Assembly (NCBI GenBank): GCA_902797505.1
Contig: CADBSW010000157.1
Span: forward strand, 10,253-74,252
DNA: 64,000 nt
Source: an uncultured Prevotellaceae bacterium
GTDB taxonomy: Bacteria; Bacteroidota; Bacteroidia; Bacteroidales; Bacteroidaceae
Direction: 5' to 3'
Part shown: piece after piece, positions 20,901 to 29,426 of the stretch
Layout: each line of letters starts with the position of its first letter
How positions within the stretch are numbered: the first letter of the stretch is position 1
Notes under the pieces: generated by a model
Told to the model about the DNA's origin: nothing
The model's input: only the letters and a program-made list of their open reading frames with translations
Database searches by the model: none
Position numbers and translations under genes: made by a program

Positions 20901-21332
20901 TTCCGCTTTAAGACAACTGATGACCGTGATCGTTTCATGGACTATGTACATGCCAACAGTTATCTGAAGAATCATCAGGGTGAATACGCAGAGCCTTACA
21001 GCGTATATTCTCCATGGGTACATCGTATTGACTTTGGTTATAAGCACGACTTCCGTTTCAATGTGGGTCAGACCAAGCACACCCTGCAGCTCTCTTGTGA
21101 TATCAAGAACCTGCTGAACCTGTTTAACTCAAGTTGGGGTGTTAGCAAATATCTGAATCCTGCTATTGGTGACGAGGCACGTATCCTGAAATATGAGGGT
21201 GTTGACGCTCAGGGTTATGCAACCTTCTCTACGCCAAAGGTTATCAATGGACAGACCAAAACATGGACACCGAACTACTCTCTTGGACAGTGCTGGTATG
21301 CATCCATCGGTATTAAATATATTTTCAACTAA
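17988..21332 (+). CDS. TonB-dependent outer-membrane receptor, Oar-like, with an N-terminal carboxypeptidase-regulatory-like domain
   Basis: Signal peptide, QITTSSMNGKIVD...GATV...DGRFSIQGMRTGGPYSV, TonB-box-like EVVVTG, NFTVDGANFNNNFG, GGGVNAITKSGTNTFKGS, FSPRVGF and a C-terminal aromatic beta-signal GIKYIFN. It lacks typical SusC motifs. Confidence 0.9.
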   Translation: MQKRIGFLMSMMLFFCTAMMAQITTSSMNGKIVDENNEAVIGATVQVVHEPSGTRYSAVSNIDGRFSIQGMRTGGPYSVTITYIGYKDITYKNINLQLGEPYMLNANLSEDVNQLGEVVVTGSKSKFNAEKTGASTNINSTQISNLPTVSRSITDVTRLSPYGGNGMSFAGADGRTANFTVDGANFNNNFGLSSNLPGGGNPISIDAIEEMQVVISPYDVRQTNFIGGGVNAITKSGTNTFKGSAYIYHKNENMQGDAVYRQQIAGARDKAQTTTYGFTLGGPIIKNKLFFFANGEMIKIPTIVNRWKASENGVADAENYVSRTKLSDMEAVSNYLRSKYGYETGSYTSFPADESNYKFLARIDWNITDNHRLALRYNYTKNNVWNSPNATSMDGGTRMSGGRMSQFSMAFANTMYSMENIVKTWSLDLNSRLNDKLSNQFLATFSKLDDVRGSNSSEFPHIDILKDDNNYMAMGYELFTWNNAVHNTIWNIKDDVTYYIGNHKIMAGVMFEHQMADNQYMRNGTGYYRYNWEDGMSVEQLFNQTPEVFCLTYGYDGESAPAARVQFNRPGIYGQDEWNINDKFKLTYGLRIDGLFFNNGDLLTNNAIKALDYYDKNGNVRHIDTGKWPANSITFSPRVGFTWDVLGDKTLKVRGGTGLFSGRLPLVFFTNMPTNGGLVQYQAQLNAKTKVWDGEKATRGYENYSGTYTTDDKGNRYIDMSQFAGGPMTKISDMLAKLESMGYPTTVTSDMGTVPSSISAVDPDFKMPQVWKSSIAIDYAFPVNFPMTITAEGIFNKTINAVSISDWSIPSVGGFARFNGVDNRPIYPTGFRTGTKAFVLENTSKGYGWSANVTLTAQPTEYLSLMAAYTHTVSKEVTGMPGSAAESAFTYVPTSEGPNNIKLHNSQYVTPDRFVASATAHDKSGNHFSLIYETWRGGYNYSYMMTNDMNGDGYNYDAVYIPTNEQVVNNEFRFKTTDDRDRFMDYVHANSYLKNHQGEYAEPYSVYSPWVHRIDFGYKHDFRFNVGQTKHTLQLSCDIKNLLNLFNSSWGVSKYLNPAIGDEARILKYEGVDAQGYATFSTPKVINGQTKTWTPNYSLGQCWYASIGIKYIFN

Positions 21333-21349
21333 AATAAAGTCGATAAGAT

Positions 21350-22885
21350 ATGAAACTTAAATATATTATTCTGTCTTTTATTGCAGTTCTCGGTATTTTT
21401 ACGAGCTGCTCTGAAGATAATGATCCGACCTATTTGGATGAGATCCGTGTATCCTCCTCATATGTCTCTTTAGATGTCAATGGAGGTTCTAACTCTATTA
21501 CAGTGAAAACATCTGATAGTTGGACTTTAAATACCGAAGAGATTCCTGAGTGGTTGACAGTATCTCCTACATCTGGATCTGCAGGTGAAACAACTATCCA
21601 ATTCAGTGCTTCTTCAACTCTTGATGGACGTACTGCAGAACTTCATCTGACAAGTGCCGGACGTACTCAGAATATCAATGTCATTCAGGGTCTGTCAACT
21701 GTATCCGATGCTACTTGTGCTGAGGTTATTGCCGGTCCAGACAGCAAGACTTATCGTGTAACAGGTGTTGTTACAAGAATAACTGAGACCGCTACCTATG
21801 GTAATTTCTATATTAACGATGGTACTGGCGAGGTTTATATCTATGGAACTAAGTATGAAGGAAAGACCAAGCAGGGAGCACTTAACAAATTAGGTGTAGA
21901 AGTTGGTGATGAGATTACTGTTGAAGGTCCCAAGACAACCTATAACGGAACAGTAGAGCTTGTTGATGTTGATGTTGTCAATCTTAACAAATCACTTATT
22001 AAGGTAGATTCCACTTATGTAGCAGGCGTTGCTTCTAATGAATTGCCTCTTGAGGGTGGTGATCTCGTAGCATATCTTACCTGTAAGAGTAACTACGGTG
22101 TTTCTGTAGAAATTCCCGAGAGTGCAAAGAGTTGGTTGTCAATCAATGCTATTAACTCTGGTACTGTACCAACCGTAACATTCCATGCCTTGGCCAATAC
22201 CGGTGGCGATCGCAGCGCAACAGTTGTCTTTAAGACTACTGATGGAAAGAAGAACTACACTTCTGAAATGACATTGATCCAGAAGGGTGCTATTGTTAAG
22301 ACGACATGCGAAGCATTCAATGCTGCTGAAATTGATGATACACAATATCGTATTCAGGGTGTAATTACTGAGCTTTATACCAGTGACAAACAAGGTAAGA
22401 GTTTCTATATTGCCGACAATACAGGAAAAGTGCTAGTATATCGTGCAGAAGGATTTATTGAAGCTGGTGCGAAAGTTGGCGATGTAGTAACAGTTGTAGG
22501 AAAGCGCGGTGAATATAAAGGTAATGCTCAGATGGTAAATGGCACTTTCGAGAGCCTTGACTATCAGGTAGAGACTGTCTCTATTGCTGACTTCCGCAAT
22601 AAGGCTGATGATAAAGAAAAGTACTATATTTTATCCGGAACCATTTCAGAGGCAACAGAGTCAGGAACCAAGAACGATGTTACTCAGTATGGTAACTTCA
22701 ACCTGACTGATGACAGCGGTTCTGTTTATGTTTATGGCGTACTGAAAGGCTGGGGTGGTCCTAAGGGACAGTTTGGTGATCTGAACCTCACATGGGGAGA
22801 TAAACTTACCATTATTGCTTACAAGACTACATACAAGGGACTTGTAGAGGCCGTAGGTGTTTATCTTTCATCAGAGAAACAATAA
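21350..22885 (+). CDS. Surface lipoprotein with two BACON domains and three OB-fold repeats
   Basis: Lipobox FTSC followed by acidic SEDND. BACON signatures WLTVSPTSGSAG...RTAELHL and WLSI...ANTGGDRSATVVF. Three repeats of the form G(V/T)(V/I)T...F.I.D.(T/S)G.VYVY...GD.(I/V)T(V/I).G....Y.G. Confidence 0.75.
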   Translation: MKLKYIILSFIAVLGIFTSCSEDNDPTYLDEIRVSSSYVSLDVNGGSNSITVKTSDSWTLNTEEIPEWLTVSPTSGSAGETTIQFSASSTLDGRTAELHLTSAGRTQNINVIQGLSTVSDATCAEVIAGPDSKTYRVTGVVTRITETATYGNFYINDGTGEVYIYGTKYEGKTKQGALNKLGVEVGDEITVEGPKTTYNGTVELVDVDVVNLNKSLIKVDSTYVAGVASNELPLEGGDLVAYLTCKSNYGVSVEIPESAKSWLSINAINSGTVPTVTFHALANTGGDRSATVVFKTTDGKKNYTSEMTLIQKGAIVKTTCEAFNAAEIDDTQYRIQGVITELYTSDKQGKSFYIADNTGKVLVYRAEGFIEAGAKVGDVVTVVGKRGEYKGNAQMVNGTFESLDYQVETVSIADFRNKADDKEKYYILSGTISEATESGTKNDVTQYGNFNLTDDSGSVYVYGVLKGWGGPKGQFGDLNLTWGDKLTIIAYKTTYKGLVEAVGVYLSSEKQ

Positions 22886-22905
22886 AACCAATATTATTTA
22901 AAATA

Positions 22906-22939
22906 AGGCGGATATCTTTGGGTATCCGCTTTTTTTTTT
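22906..22939 (+). terminator. Intrinsic terminator after the receptor-lipoprotein pair
   Basis: Stem AGGCGGATATC / GGTATCCGCTT with a long T-run. The -7 box TACATTTG of the next gene follows at 22941. Confidence 0.85.
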
Positions 22940-22975
22940 GTACATTTGCAACTATTAATATAAATACTGACACTT

Positions 22976-23308
22976 ATGAAAATTGATTTTAATAAGATTG
23001 AGGAGACTGTCGTTCCCAACTTCAAAGGTGGTGAAGGACATTATATCATGAAGCAGTTTGCAGATGATAAAGTAAAGATTATGTTTGGTAAACTGGAGCC
23101 GGGTTGCTCTATCGGACTGCATACACATGAGTTGAACTGCGAGATCATGTATATCCTCAGTGGTGTGGCTACCTATATCTATGAGGGTGAGGAAGAGATC
23201 GTCCTACCCGGACAGGTACACTATAACCCGATGAACAAGCAACATACGCTGATCAATAAAGAAAAAGAGGATCTTACCTTCTTTGCCGTAGTTGCAGAAC
23301 ACCACTAA
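22976..23308 (+). CDS. Cupin domain protein
   Basis: PGCSIGLHTHELNCEIMYILSG and PGQVHYNP...HTLIN cupin motifs. Confidence 0.9.
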   Translation: MKIDFNKIEETVVPNFKGGEGHYIMKQFADDKVKIMFGKLEPGCSIGLHTHELNCEIMYILSGVATYIYEGEEEIVLPGQVHYNPMNKQHTLINKEKEDLTFFAVVAEHH

Positions 23309-23311
23309 TTT

Positions 23312-23346
23312 AGTTCATAGTTCATAGTTCACAGTTCATAGTTCAC
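23312..23346. repeat. Heptamer tandem repeat AGTTCA(T/C) x5
   Basis: AGTTCAT AGTTCAT AGTTCAC AGTTCAT AGTTCAC. Confidence 0.9.
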
Positions 23347-23402
23347 AATTAGTTTTTGGGTATTGGTTCCCGATGGTATCTGTATCCACCAATAATAAAT
23401 AT

Positions 23403-24887
23403 ATGAAATACTTCAAAATCTGGATGTTTGTCATCCTCGGTGTATTCGTTTCACAAGAGATGAACGCACAACATAAGCGTGAGTTCCGCGGTGCATGGAT
23501 TCAGGCTGTCAACGGTCAGTGGGTCGGCATGGGAACCGCTCGTATGCATCAGACACTTACCTATCAGTTGAATGAGCTGCAGAAGGATGGCGTCAATGCG
23601 ATTATCTTCCAAGTGCGTCCTGAGTGCGATGCCCTCTATAAGAGTTCAATAGAGCCTTGGAGCCGTTTCCTTACCAGTACACAGGGTGTTGCTCCACAAC
23701 CTTATTGGGATCCTCTGGCATGGATGATCCAAGAGTGTCATAAACGTGGAATGGAACTGCATGCATGGATCAATCCTTATCGTGCCAAGACGAAGACCAC
23801 CAATGAACTGGCCAGTAATCATGTAGCCATCAAGCATCCTGAGTGGATCTTCACCTACGACGGACTCTATCTGCTGAATCCTGCTATCCCTGCATGTAGG
23901 GATTATATCTGTGAGGTGGTTAGAGACATCGTGAAGAGATACGACATCGACGGACTGCATATCGATGATTATTTCTATCCCTATCCTGTGGCTGGCGTAC
24001 CCATACCTGACGATCGTGAGTTCCGTACCTATAATAATGGTTATACCAACCGAGGTGACTGGCGACGCAATAACGTTACACTGTTTATGGAACAGCTTTA
24101 TAATACTATCAAACAGGAGAAACCATGGGTGAAGTTTGGCGTTTCTCCATTTGGCATTTACCGCAACAAGAAGAACTCCGCCATCGGTAGTAATACGAAC
24201 GGACTGCAGAACTATGATGATCTGTATGCCGACGTACTCTTGTGGGTAAATAATGGTTTGGTGGATTATTGTGTTCCGCAGATCTATTGGGAGATTGGCA
24301 ACAAGGTCGCCGACTATCAAGAACTGATAGGGTGGTGGAACCGTCATTGTAATAAGCGCCCGTTGTTTATCGGTGAGGATGTGGAACGTACTGTGAAGTA
24401 TCAGGATCCTAATATGCCAGGACAGCATCAGCTACCTGCCAAGATGCTGTTGCATGAGGAGAACAGAAACGTGGAAGGCTCTGTACTGTGGTATGCCAAG
24501 GCAGCTGTGGATAATGTAGGTAACTACGGCACACTGTTGCGTAACACCTATTGGAAATATCCTGCCCTGCAACCTAAGATGTCGTTCATTGACGGTAAGG
24601 CACCGAAGACAGTACGTAAGATGACGATTCTTCCGATGGAACGTGGTGATGTGCTCTTCTGGACCGCTCCAAAGGGTAACGGATGGAAGAACGAGGCTGT
24701 GAAATATGTGGTATACCGGTTTAATAGGGGAGAGCGGGTAGATATCAATGATCCCTCAAAGATCGTAAAGATTACTACCGACTGCTTCTATGAACTGCCA
24801 GCCGACAGTAGAGGATATACCTACGCGGTTACAGCTTTAGACCGCATGCAAAACGAGAGTAAGGCAAAGAAGAAGGTGGTTCGATGA
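23403..24887 (+). CDS. GHL10/DUF187 (YddW-like) exported glycoside hydrolase with an Fn3-like C-terminus
   Basis: Motifs REFRGAWI, FQVRPECDALYKS, HAWINPYR, YDIDGLHIDDYFYPYP, FGVSPFGIY and PQIYW. ATG start at 23403. Confidence 0.85.
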   Translation: MKYFKIWMFVILGVFVSQEMNAQHKREFRGAWIQAVNGQWVGMGTARMHQTLTYQLNELQKDGVNAIIFQVRPECDALYKSSIEPWSRFLTSTQGVAPQPYWDPLAWMIQECHKRGMELHAWINPYRAKTKTTNELASNHVAIKHPEWIFTYDGLYLLNPAIPACRDYICEVVRDIVKRYDIDGLHIDDYFYPYPVAGVPIPDDREFRTYNNGYTNRGDWRRNNVTLFMEQLYNTIKQEKPWVKFGVSPFGIYRNKKNSAIGSNTNGLQNYDDLYADVLLWVNNGLVDYCVPQIYWEIGNKVADYQELIGWWNRHCNKRPLFIGEDVERTVKYQDPNMPGQHQLPAKMLLHEENRNVEGSVLWYAKAAVDNVGNYGTLLRNTYWKYPALQPKMSFIDGKAPKTVRKMTILPMERGDVLFWTAPKGNGWKNEAVKYVVYRFNRGERVDINDPSKIVKITTDCFYELPADSRGYTYAVTALDRMQNESKAKKKVVR

Positions 24888-24903
24888 ACCACCTTTCTTT
24901 TTT
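24871..24903 (+). terminator. Terminator overlapping the GHL10 stop codon
   Basis: Stem AAGGTGGTTC / GAACCACCTT with a T-rich tail. Confidence 0.8.
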
Positions 24904-25069
24904 GCGTATTTAAATTTCTCTTATTGTGAATACAACAACCACTTTTTCTTGTAGTTTTAATGAATAAAAGTGGTGAGAAAAGGTATTAAAACCATCAGTA
25001 AAAGCTATTAAAACTACCCAAAGTAATTACTAATTTTCATAGCAATAGTGGTATAGTTTCAAATGATCT

Positions 25070-27196
25070 TTACAGTCCTCTTGCTTTCAGCAGACCGGAG
25101 GCATCGGGTGACTTCATGCCGGTGAAATCAGTGAAGATCTTCATCAGGTCTTCTGTATTACCACGACTCAGGATCTTGTCACGGAACTCTAGTCCGGTCT
25201 CTGCTTTCAGGGCTCCCTTCTTGGCAAAGACATCAGCGATGTTTACTGCCAGTACCTCTGTCCATAAGTAACTGTAATATCCGGCAGCATAACCGCCACC
25301 CCATACATGATTGAAATAGCTCGTACTGTAGCGTGGAGGTATCTGTGCATCCAGCAAACCGATCTTGGTGAGTGCCTCTGTCTCGAATGCCTGTGCTTGT
25401 TCTGCTGTCGGTATATCCTTAGAAGCCAGCATGTGCCAAGCCAGATCTACACAGGTAGCAGCAAGGTTCTCACCTAAGGCATAAGCTGTCTGGAAATTGA
25501 TACTCTTCAACATCTTTTCCTTCAGATCGGCAGGCATGGGCTCACCGGTATCACAATGACGGGCGAAGTTGTCGAACACTTCTGGGATAGACGCAAACGA
25601 CTCATTAAACTGTGAAGGCATCTCTACGAAGTCGCGAGCTACGGCAGTACCACTCAGACGGTTGTACTGACAATTGGAGAGGATACCGTGCAGACCATGA
25701 CCGAACTCATGGAACATCGTGCAAACCTCATCCCATGTCAGCAGTGACGGCTTTCCTTCAGGAGCCTTGGCATTGTTGCACACATTATATATAAGAGGTA
25801 TCTGGTTGCGCAGATGACTCTGCTTTGCGAAGCTACTCATCCATGCACCGCCACGTTTGGTAGGACGACGGAAGGGATCACGGTAGAAGATGGCGATGGT
25901 CTTGCCGTCTTTGTCAATCACCTCATACGCCTTCACGTCGGCGTTGTATACAGGAATATCGGTACGCTCCTTGAAGGTCAGTCCATAGACTTTATTAGCT
26001 GCAAAGAAAACACCATTGATCAGCACGCTGTCAACATTGAAGTAAGGTTTCACATCGTCATCGTTGATGTCGAGCTGCTCTTTCTTCATCTTGGCAGAAT
26101 AGTAGAAACGGTCGTAGGGCTGCAACTGGAAGTCGGCACCCATTGTCTTACGGGCATATTCCTCGATAGCCTTGGTCTCTGCGTCTGCCTTAGGCTTATA
26201 CTGACTAATCAGACTCTTCAGGAAAGCATAGACATTCTCTGGTGTCTTCGCCATGGTGTTCTCCAGCGAATAAGAAGCATAGTTGGGCTTACCCATCAAC
26301 TCTGCCTGCTCGGCACGCAGTTTAGCAATCTCAACCACGATAGGGAAGGTGTTGTACTTTCCTGTGCCGTCAGTACGGTGAACAGATGCTTCATAAACCT
26401 TCTTGCGGAGTTCGCGGTTGTCGAGACTGGCCAACGGTTGCTGCTGGGTGGTGTTGACAATCACGATGGCGTATGGTGCTTTCTTACCACGACTCTCGGC
26501 ATCTTTGGCACACTGCTCAATATCTGCCTCACTGAGTCCGGCCAAGTCTTCTTTCTTGTCTACCCATACAATAGCATCGTTGGTAGCAGATGTCAGCATG
26601 TCGCCCCACTGTGTCTGCAACTCAGAGATACGCAGGTTGATCTCTTTCATACGTGCCATCTTATCGTCGGGGAGCAAAGCACCCTTACGAACAAACTCCT
26701 TATAAGTCTCTTCGAGGAGTTTCTTGTCTTCACCCTGAAGACTCTCAAACTCCTTGTCATATACCACTTTGATGCGTTCAAACAAGGGCTTGTTGAACAT
26801 GATGTCATTCTCCAGTTCTGCCAACATGGGCTTTACCTTCTTCTCGATCTCACCGATCTCAGGTGTCTTGTCTGCACTAACCAGGGCGAAGAAGACGTTG
26901 CTTACACGATCAAGTGTCTTTCCGCTTTCCTCAAGTGCCAGGATCGTATTCTCAAAGGTAGCAGAATCGGTGTTATTGACAATGCTGTCGATCTCAGCAC
27001 GTTTCTGCTCAATGCCTTTTTCAAAAGCAGGGAGGTAATCAGATGTCTTGATCTTACTGAAATCGGGCACCCCATAAGGTAGTGTACTCTCAGTTAAGAA
27101 AGGATTCTCGTGTGATGACTCAGTGCATGAAGAGAACTGCATCACACCAAACGACAGGATAGCTGCCATGATACCAAAGGATTTTAGTTTGTTCAT
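25070..27196 (-). CDS. dcp: M3 family metallopeptidase (peptidyl-dipeptidase Dcp), lipoprotein
   Basis: Zinc motif HEFGHGLH, KRGGAWMSSF, RDFVEMPSQ and GYAAGYYSYLW. Lipobox FSSC. ATG start at 27196. Confidence 0.92.
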   Translation of the reverse strand: MNKLKSFGIMAAILSFGVMQFSSCTESSHENPFLTESTLPYGVPDFSKIKTSDYLPAFEKGIEQKRAEIDSIVNNTDSATFENTILALEESGKTLDRVSNVFFALVSADKTPEIGEIEKKVKPMLAELENDIMFNKPLFERIKVVYDKEFESLQGEDKKLLEETYKEFVRKGALLPDDKMARMKEINLRISELQTQWGDMLTSATNDAIVWVDKKEDLAGLSEADIEQCAKDAESRGKKAPYAIVIVNTTQQQPLASLDNRELRKKVYEASVHRTDGTGKYNTFPIVVEIAKLRAEQAELMGKPNYASYSLENTMAKTPENVYAFLKSLISQYKPKADAETKAIEEYARKTMGADFQLQPYDRFYYSAKMKKEQLDINDDDVKPYFNVDSVLINGVFFAANKVYGLTFKERTDIPVYNADVKAYEVIDKDGKTIAIFYRDPFRRPTKRGGAWMSSFAKQSHLRNQIPLIYNVCNNAKAPEGKPSLLTWDEVCTMFHEFGHGLHGILSNCQYNRLSGTAVARDFVEMPSQFNESFASIPEVFDNFARHCDTGEPMPADLKEKMLKSINFQTAYALGENLAATCVDLAWHMLASKDIPTAEQAQAFETEALTKIGLLDAQIPPRYSTSYFNHVWGGGYAAGYYSYLWTEVLAVNIADVFAKKGALKAETGLEFRDKILSRGNTEDLMKIFTDFTGMKSPDASGLLKARGL

Positions 27197-27242
27197 AGTT
27201 ATAATGGTTAATAATAAAATCAATAGATCTTTTCTGTCAGAA

Positions 27243-27683
27243 CTATTCTTTCATCAGGTTGGCAAAGAAATCATCCAGGTCTTTGTCGAGATTCTCCATG
27301 ATATCGCCCCCGATGATAACTGTATCGTCATCAGCGACATACAACTCAGCTACCGTTTCCTGATCATCGTTCTCCATAACAAAACTGAAAGGCTTCAAAA
27401 TACCCATCTTATCGATGATGTCATGCTGCTGCTGAAGACTCTTTCTAAGGATGCCGATGCTCTCCTCGTAGAAGTTCTCCTCCTTGTTGTCTATCCAATC
27501 TTCGATCACACAGCGGGTAATCTCCTGGTCGTCATCATCAAAGGCAAGCATCTCACCGCTGTCTTGTATCACCCTCAGATGTATGTCGGTGAGAATGTTG
27601 GTGTCTTCATTTGTTGGAAACTTCTGCGCAATCTTTGTAATGAAGCGCTCGATTTGCTGTGATGTACGTTCTGTTAACTTCAT
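27243..27683 (-). CDS. Acidic hypothetical protein, probably co-transcribed with dcp
   Basis: 146-aa ORF with normal codon usage, a -7 box upstream and a 46-bp gap to dcp. Confidence 0.75.
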   Translation of the reverse strand: MKLTERTSQQIERFITKIAQKFPTNEDTNILTDIHLRVIQDSGEMLAFDDDDQEITRCVIEDWIDNKEENFYEESIGILRKSLQQQHDIIDKMGILKPFSFVMENDDQETVAELYVADDDTVIIGGDIMENLDKDLDDFFANLMKE

Positions 27684-27705
27684 GGTCTTTTAAAAATATG
27701 TTATG

Positions 27706-27794
27706 CAAAGATACGATTAAGCAGGCAAAATACAAAATAAAATACGTTATATTTTTATTTTCGAGCGTGAGTATCTTCGAAAATTACAAAGATA
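27706..27794. repeat. Intergenic hairpin element, copy 1, between two CAAAGATA boxes
   Basis: Outer stem AAGATAC/GTATCTT encloses GATTAAGC, an AT-rich inner stem and GAGCGTGA. A second copy is at 45402-45459. Confidence 0.65.
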
Positions 27795-27977
27795 GTAGAA
27801 ATAATGCAATGAACAAATAAAATGTATATTTTTTTACGTGAATGCAGGGTTTATACCCAAACTTTTGTTAACTAACAAGAAATATTCATGTTGTTTGATA
27901 GAATTATTAAAAAAAGTTGTATATTTGCATTGACAAACTATAGTTGTGCAAATCAGTAATCCGTGAATACGCTCTAA

Positions 27978-28397
27978 ATGAGTAACGACATACTTCATAA
28001 AGGAACCGTAAAAGCCATAGAAAAAGACAAATTAACGGTGCAAATATCTCAGACATCTGCATGTGCTGCCTGTAAAGCTGCGGGGCATTGCAGTGCTTCG
28101 GAGAGCAAGGAAAAAATAATTGATGTATATCATGTGGATGATATACAGGATTATCATGTGGGCGATACCGTACAGGTAATCGCCTCTCAACGTATCGCGA
28201 TGAATGCCGTCTTGTTGGCCTTCGGTATACCGTTCCTGATCATGATTTCTGCCATCTTTATCACTAGCAGACTGACTACCGACGAAGCACTCATGGCTAT
28301 TGTAGGATTGTTATCACTGATACCTTATTATATATTACTATATTTGTTCCGGCAGAAGATGGTTAAGACTTTTTCTTTTACCGTTAAGCATTTCTAA
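27978..28397 (+). CDS. rseC: RseC/MucC family protein (SoxR-reducing system), first gene of the rnf operon
   Basis: SACAACKAAGHC cysteine motif, two C-terminal TM helices and its position before rnfB. Confidence 0.85.
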   Translation: MSNDILHKGTVKAIEKDKLTVQISQTSACAACKAAGHCSASESKEKIIDVYHVDDIQDYHVGDTVQVIASQRIAMNAVLLAFGIPFLIMISAIFITSRLTTDEALMAIVGLLSLIPYYILLYLFRQKMVKTFSFTVKHF

Positions 28398-28436
28398 TTG
28401 AATTACAAATAATTATAATACAAAAAACAAGATTTT

Positions 28437-29426
28437 ATGAGTTTTATTTTGACAGCAGTAATTGCACTTGGAGCCATCGCCCTGATCGCGGCAGTGATCT
28501 TGTACGTATGTTCCAAGAAGTTTGCTGTACAGGAAGACCCGCGCTTGGCACAGGTAACAGAAGTGTTGCCGGGTGCTAACTGTGGCGGTTGTGGCTTTCC
28601 GGGTTGTTCGGGAATGGCTGATGCCTTGGTAAAGGCAGCAGACAGCGGATCTCTCGAAGGATTGAATTGTCCTGTTGGAGGATCTGCAGTGATGAACCAG
28701 GTTGCCGACTTGTTAGGTATGGCTATTGCGAATTCAGAGCCGAAGGTGGCTGTGGTTCGCTGTAACGGTACCTGTGAGTTGCGTCCTCGCATTGCTGAAT
28801 ACAACGGATTGCGTACCTGTACTGCTATGAATGCTACTGGTGCAGGCGAGACCGGTTGTGGTTTCGGTTGCCTCGGTTGTGGTGATTGTGTGGCAGCATG
28901 TCAGTTTGACGCCATTCACATGAATGCGGAAACTGGTCTGCCAGAAGTTGATGAGGAGAAGTGTACAGCCTGCGGTGCTTGTAGCAAAGCCTGTCCGCGT
29001 CACATCATCGAGCTTCGTAAGAAAGGTCCGAAGAACCGCCGTGTCTATGTGCGCTGCGTGAATAAGGACAAGGGTGCTGCCGCCATGAAGGCCTGCAAGG
29101 CTGCATGTATCGGTTGCGGTAAGTGTGCGAAAGAGTGTAAGTTTGAGGCTATTACAGTGGAGAACAACCTCTGTTACATCGACTTCAACAAATGTAGATT
29201 GTGTAAGAAGTGTGTAGAGGCTTGTCCTACACATGCTATCGTAGCAGTCAACTTCCCAGCTCCAAAACCGAAGCCGGAACCTAAACCTGCAGAAGAAGCC
29301 CCCAAAGCTCCTGAAGAGAAAAAGACCGTTATCACCGAGGTGAAATTGTCTATGATGGAGGATGATGCACCAAAGGCAACACCTCAAGCAAATGTTGAAC
29401 CAAAAGGAGAGGAGACCAAAGCATGA
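28437..29426 (+). CDS. rnfB: Rnf complex subunit B (polyferredoxin)
   Basis: N-terminal TM helix, LPGANCGGCGFPGC and several CxxCxxCxxxC(P) clusters. Confidence 0.95.
   Translation: MSFILTAVIALGAIALIAAVILYVCSKKFAVQEDPRLAQVTEVLPGANCGGCGFPGCSGMADALVKAADSGSLEGLNCPVGGSAVMNQVADLLGMAIANSEPKVAVVRCNGTCELRPRIAEYNGLRTCTAMNATGAGETGCGFGCLGCGDCVAACQFDAIHMNAETGLPEVDEEKCTACGACSKACPRHIIELRKKGPKNRRVYVRCVNKDKGAAAMKACKAACIGCGKCAKECKFEAITVENNLCYIDFNKCRLCKKCVEACPTHAIVAVNFPAPKPKPEPKPAEEAPKAPEEKKTVITEVKLSMMEDDAPKATPQANVEPKGEETKA

Noticed and set aside
23312-23346. Tandem repeats as a CRISPR array
   Set aside because: The units are 7 bp with no spacers, and there are no cas genes. No CRISPR-like repeat-spacer pattern was seen anywhere in the window.
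17988-24887. TonB receptor through GHL10 as a classical SusC/SusD PUL
   Set aside because: The receptor is Oar-like, there is no SusD, and a strong terminator plus a new promoter separate the cupin-GHL10 genes.
25814-27082. 422-aa plus-strand ORF antisense to dcp
   Set aside because: It is a shadow frame of a codon-biased gene, with no recognisable motifs, promoter or typical composition.
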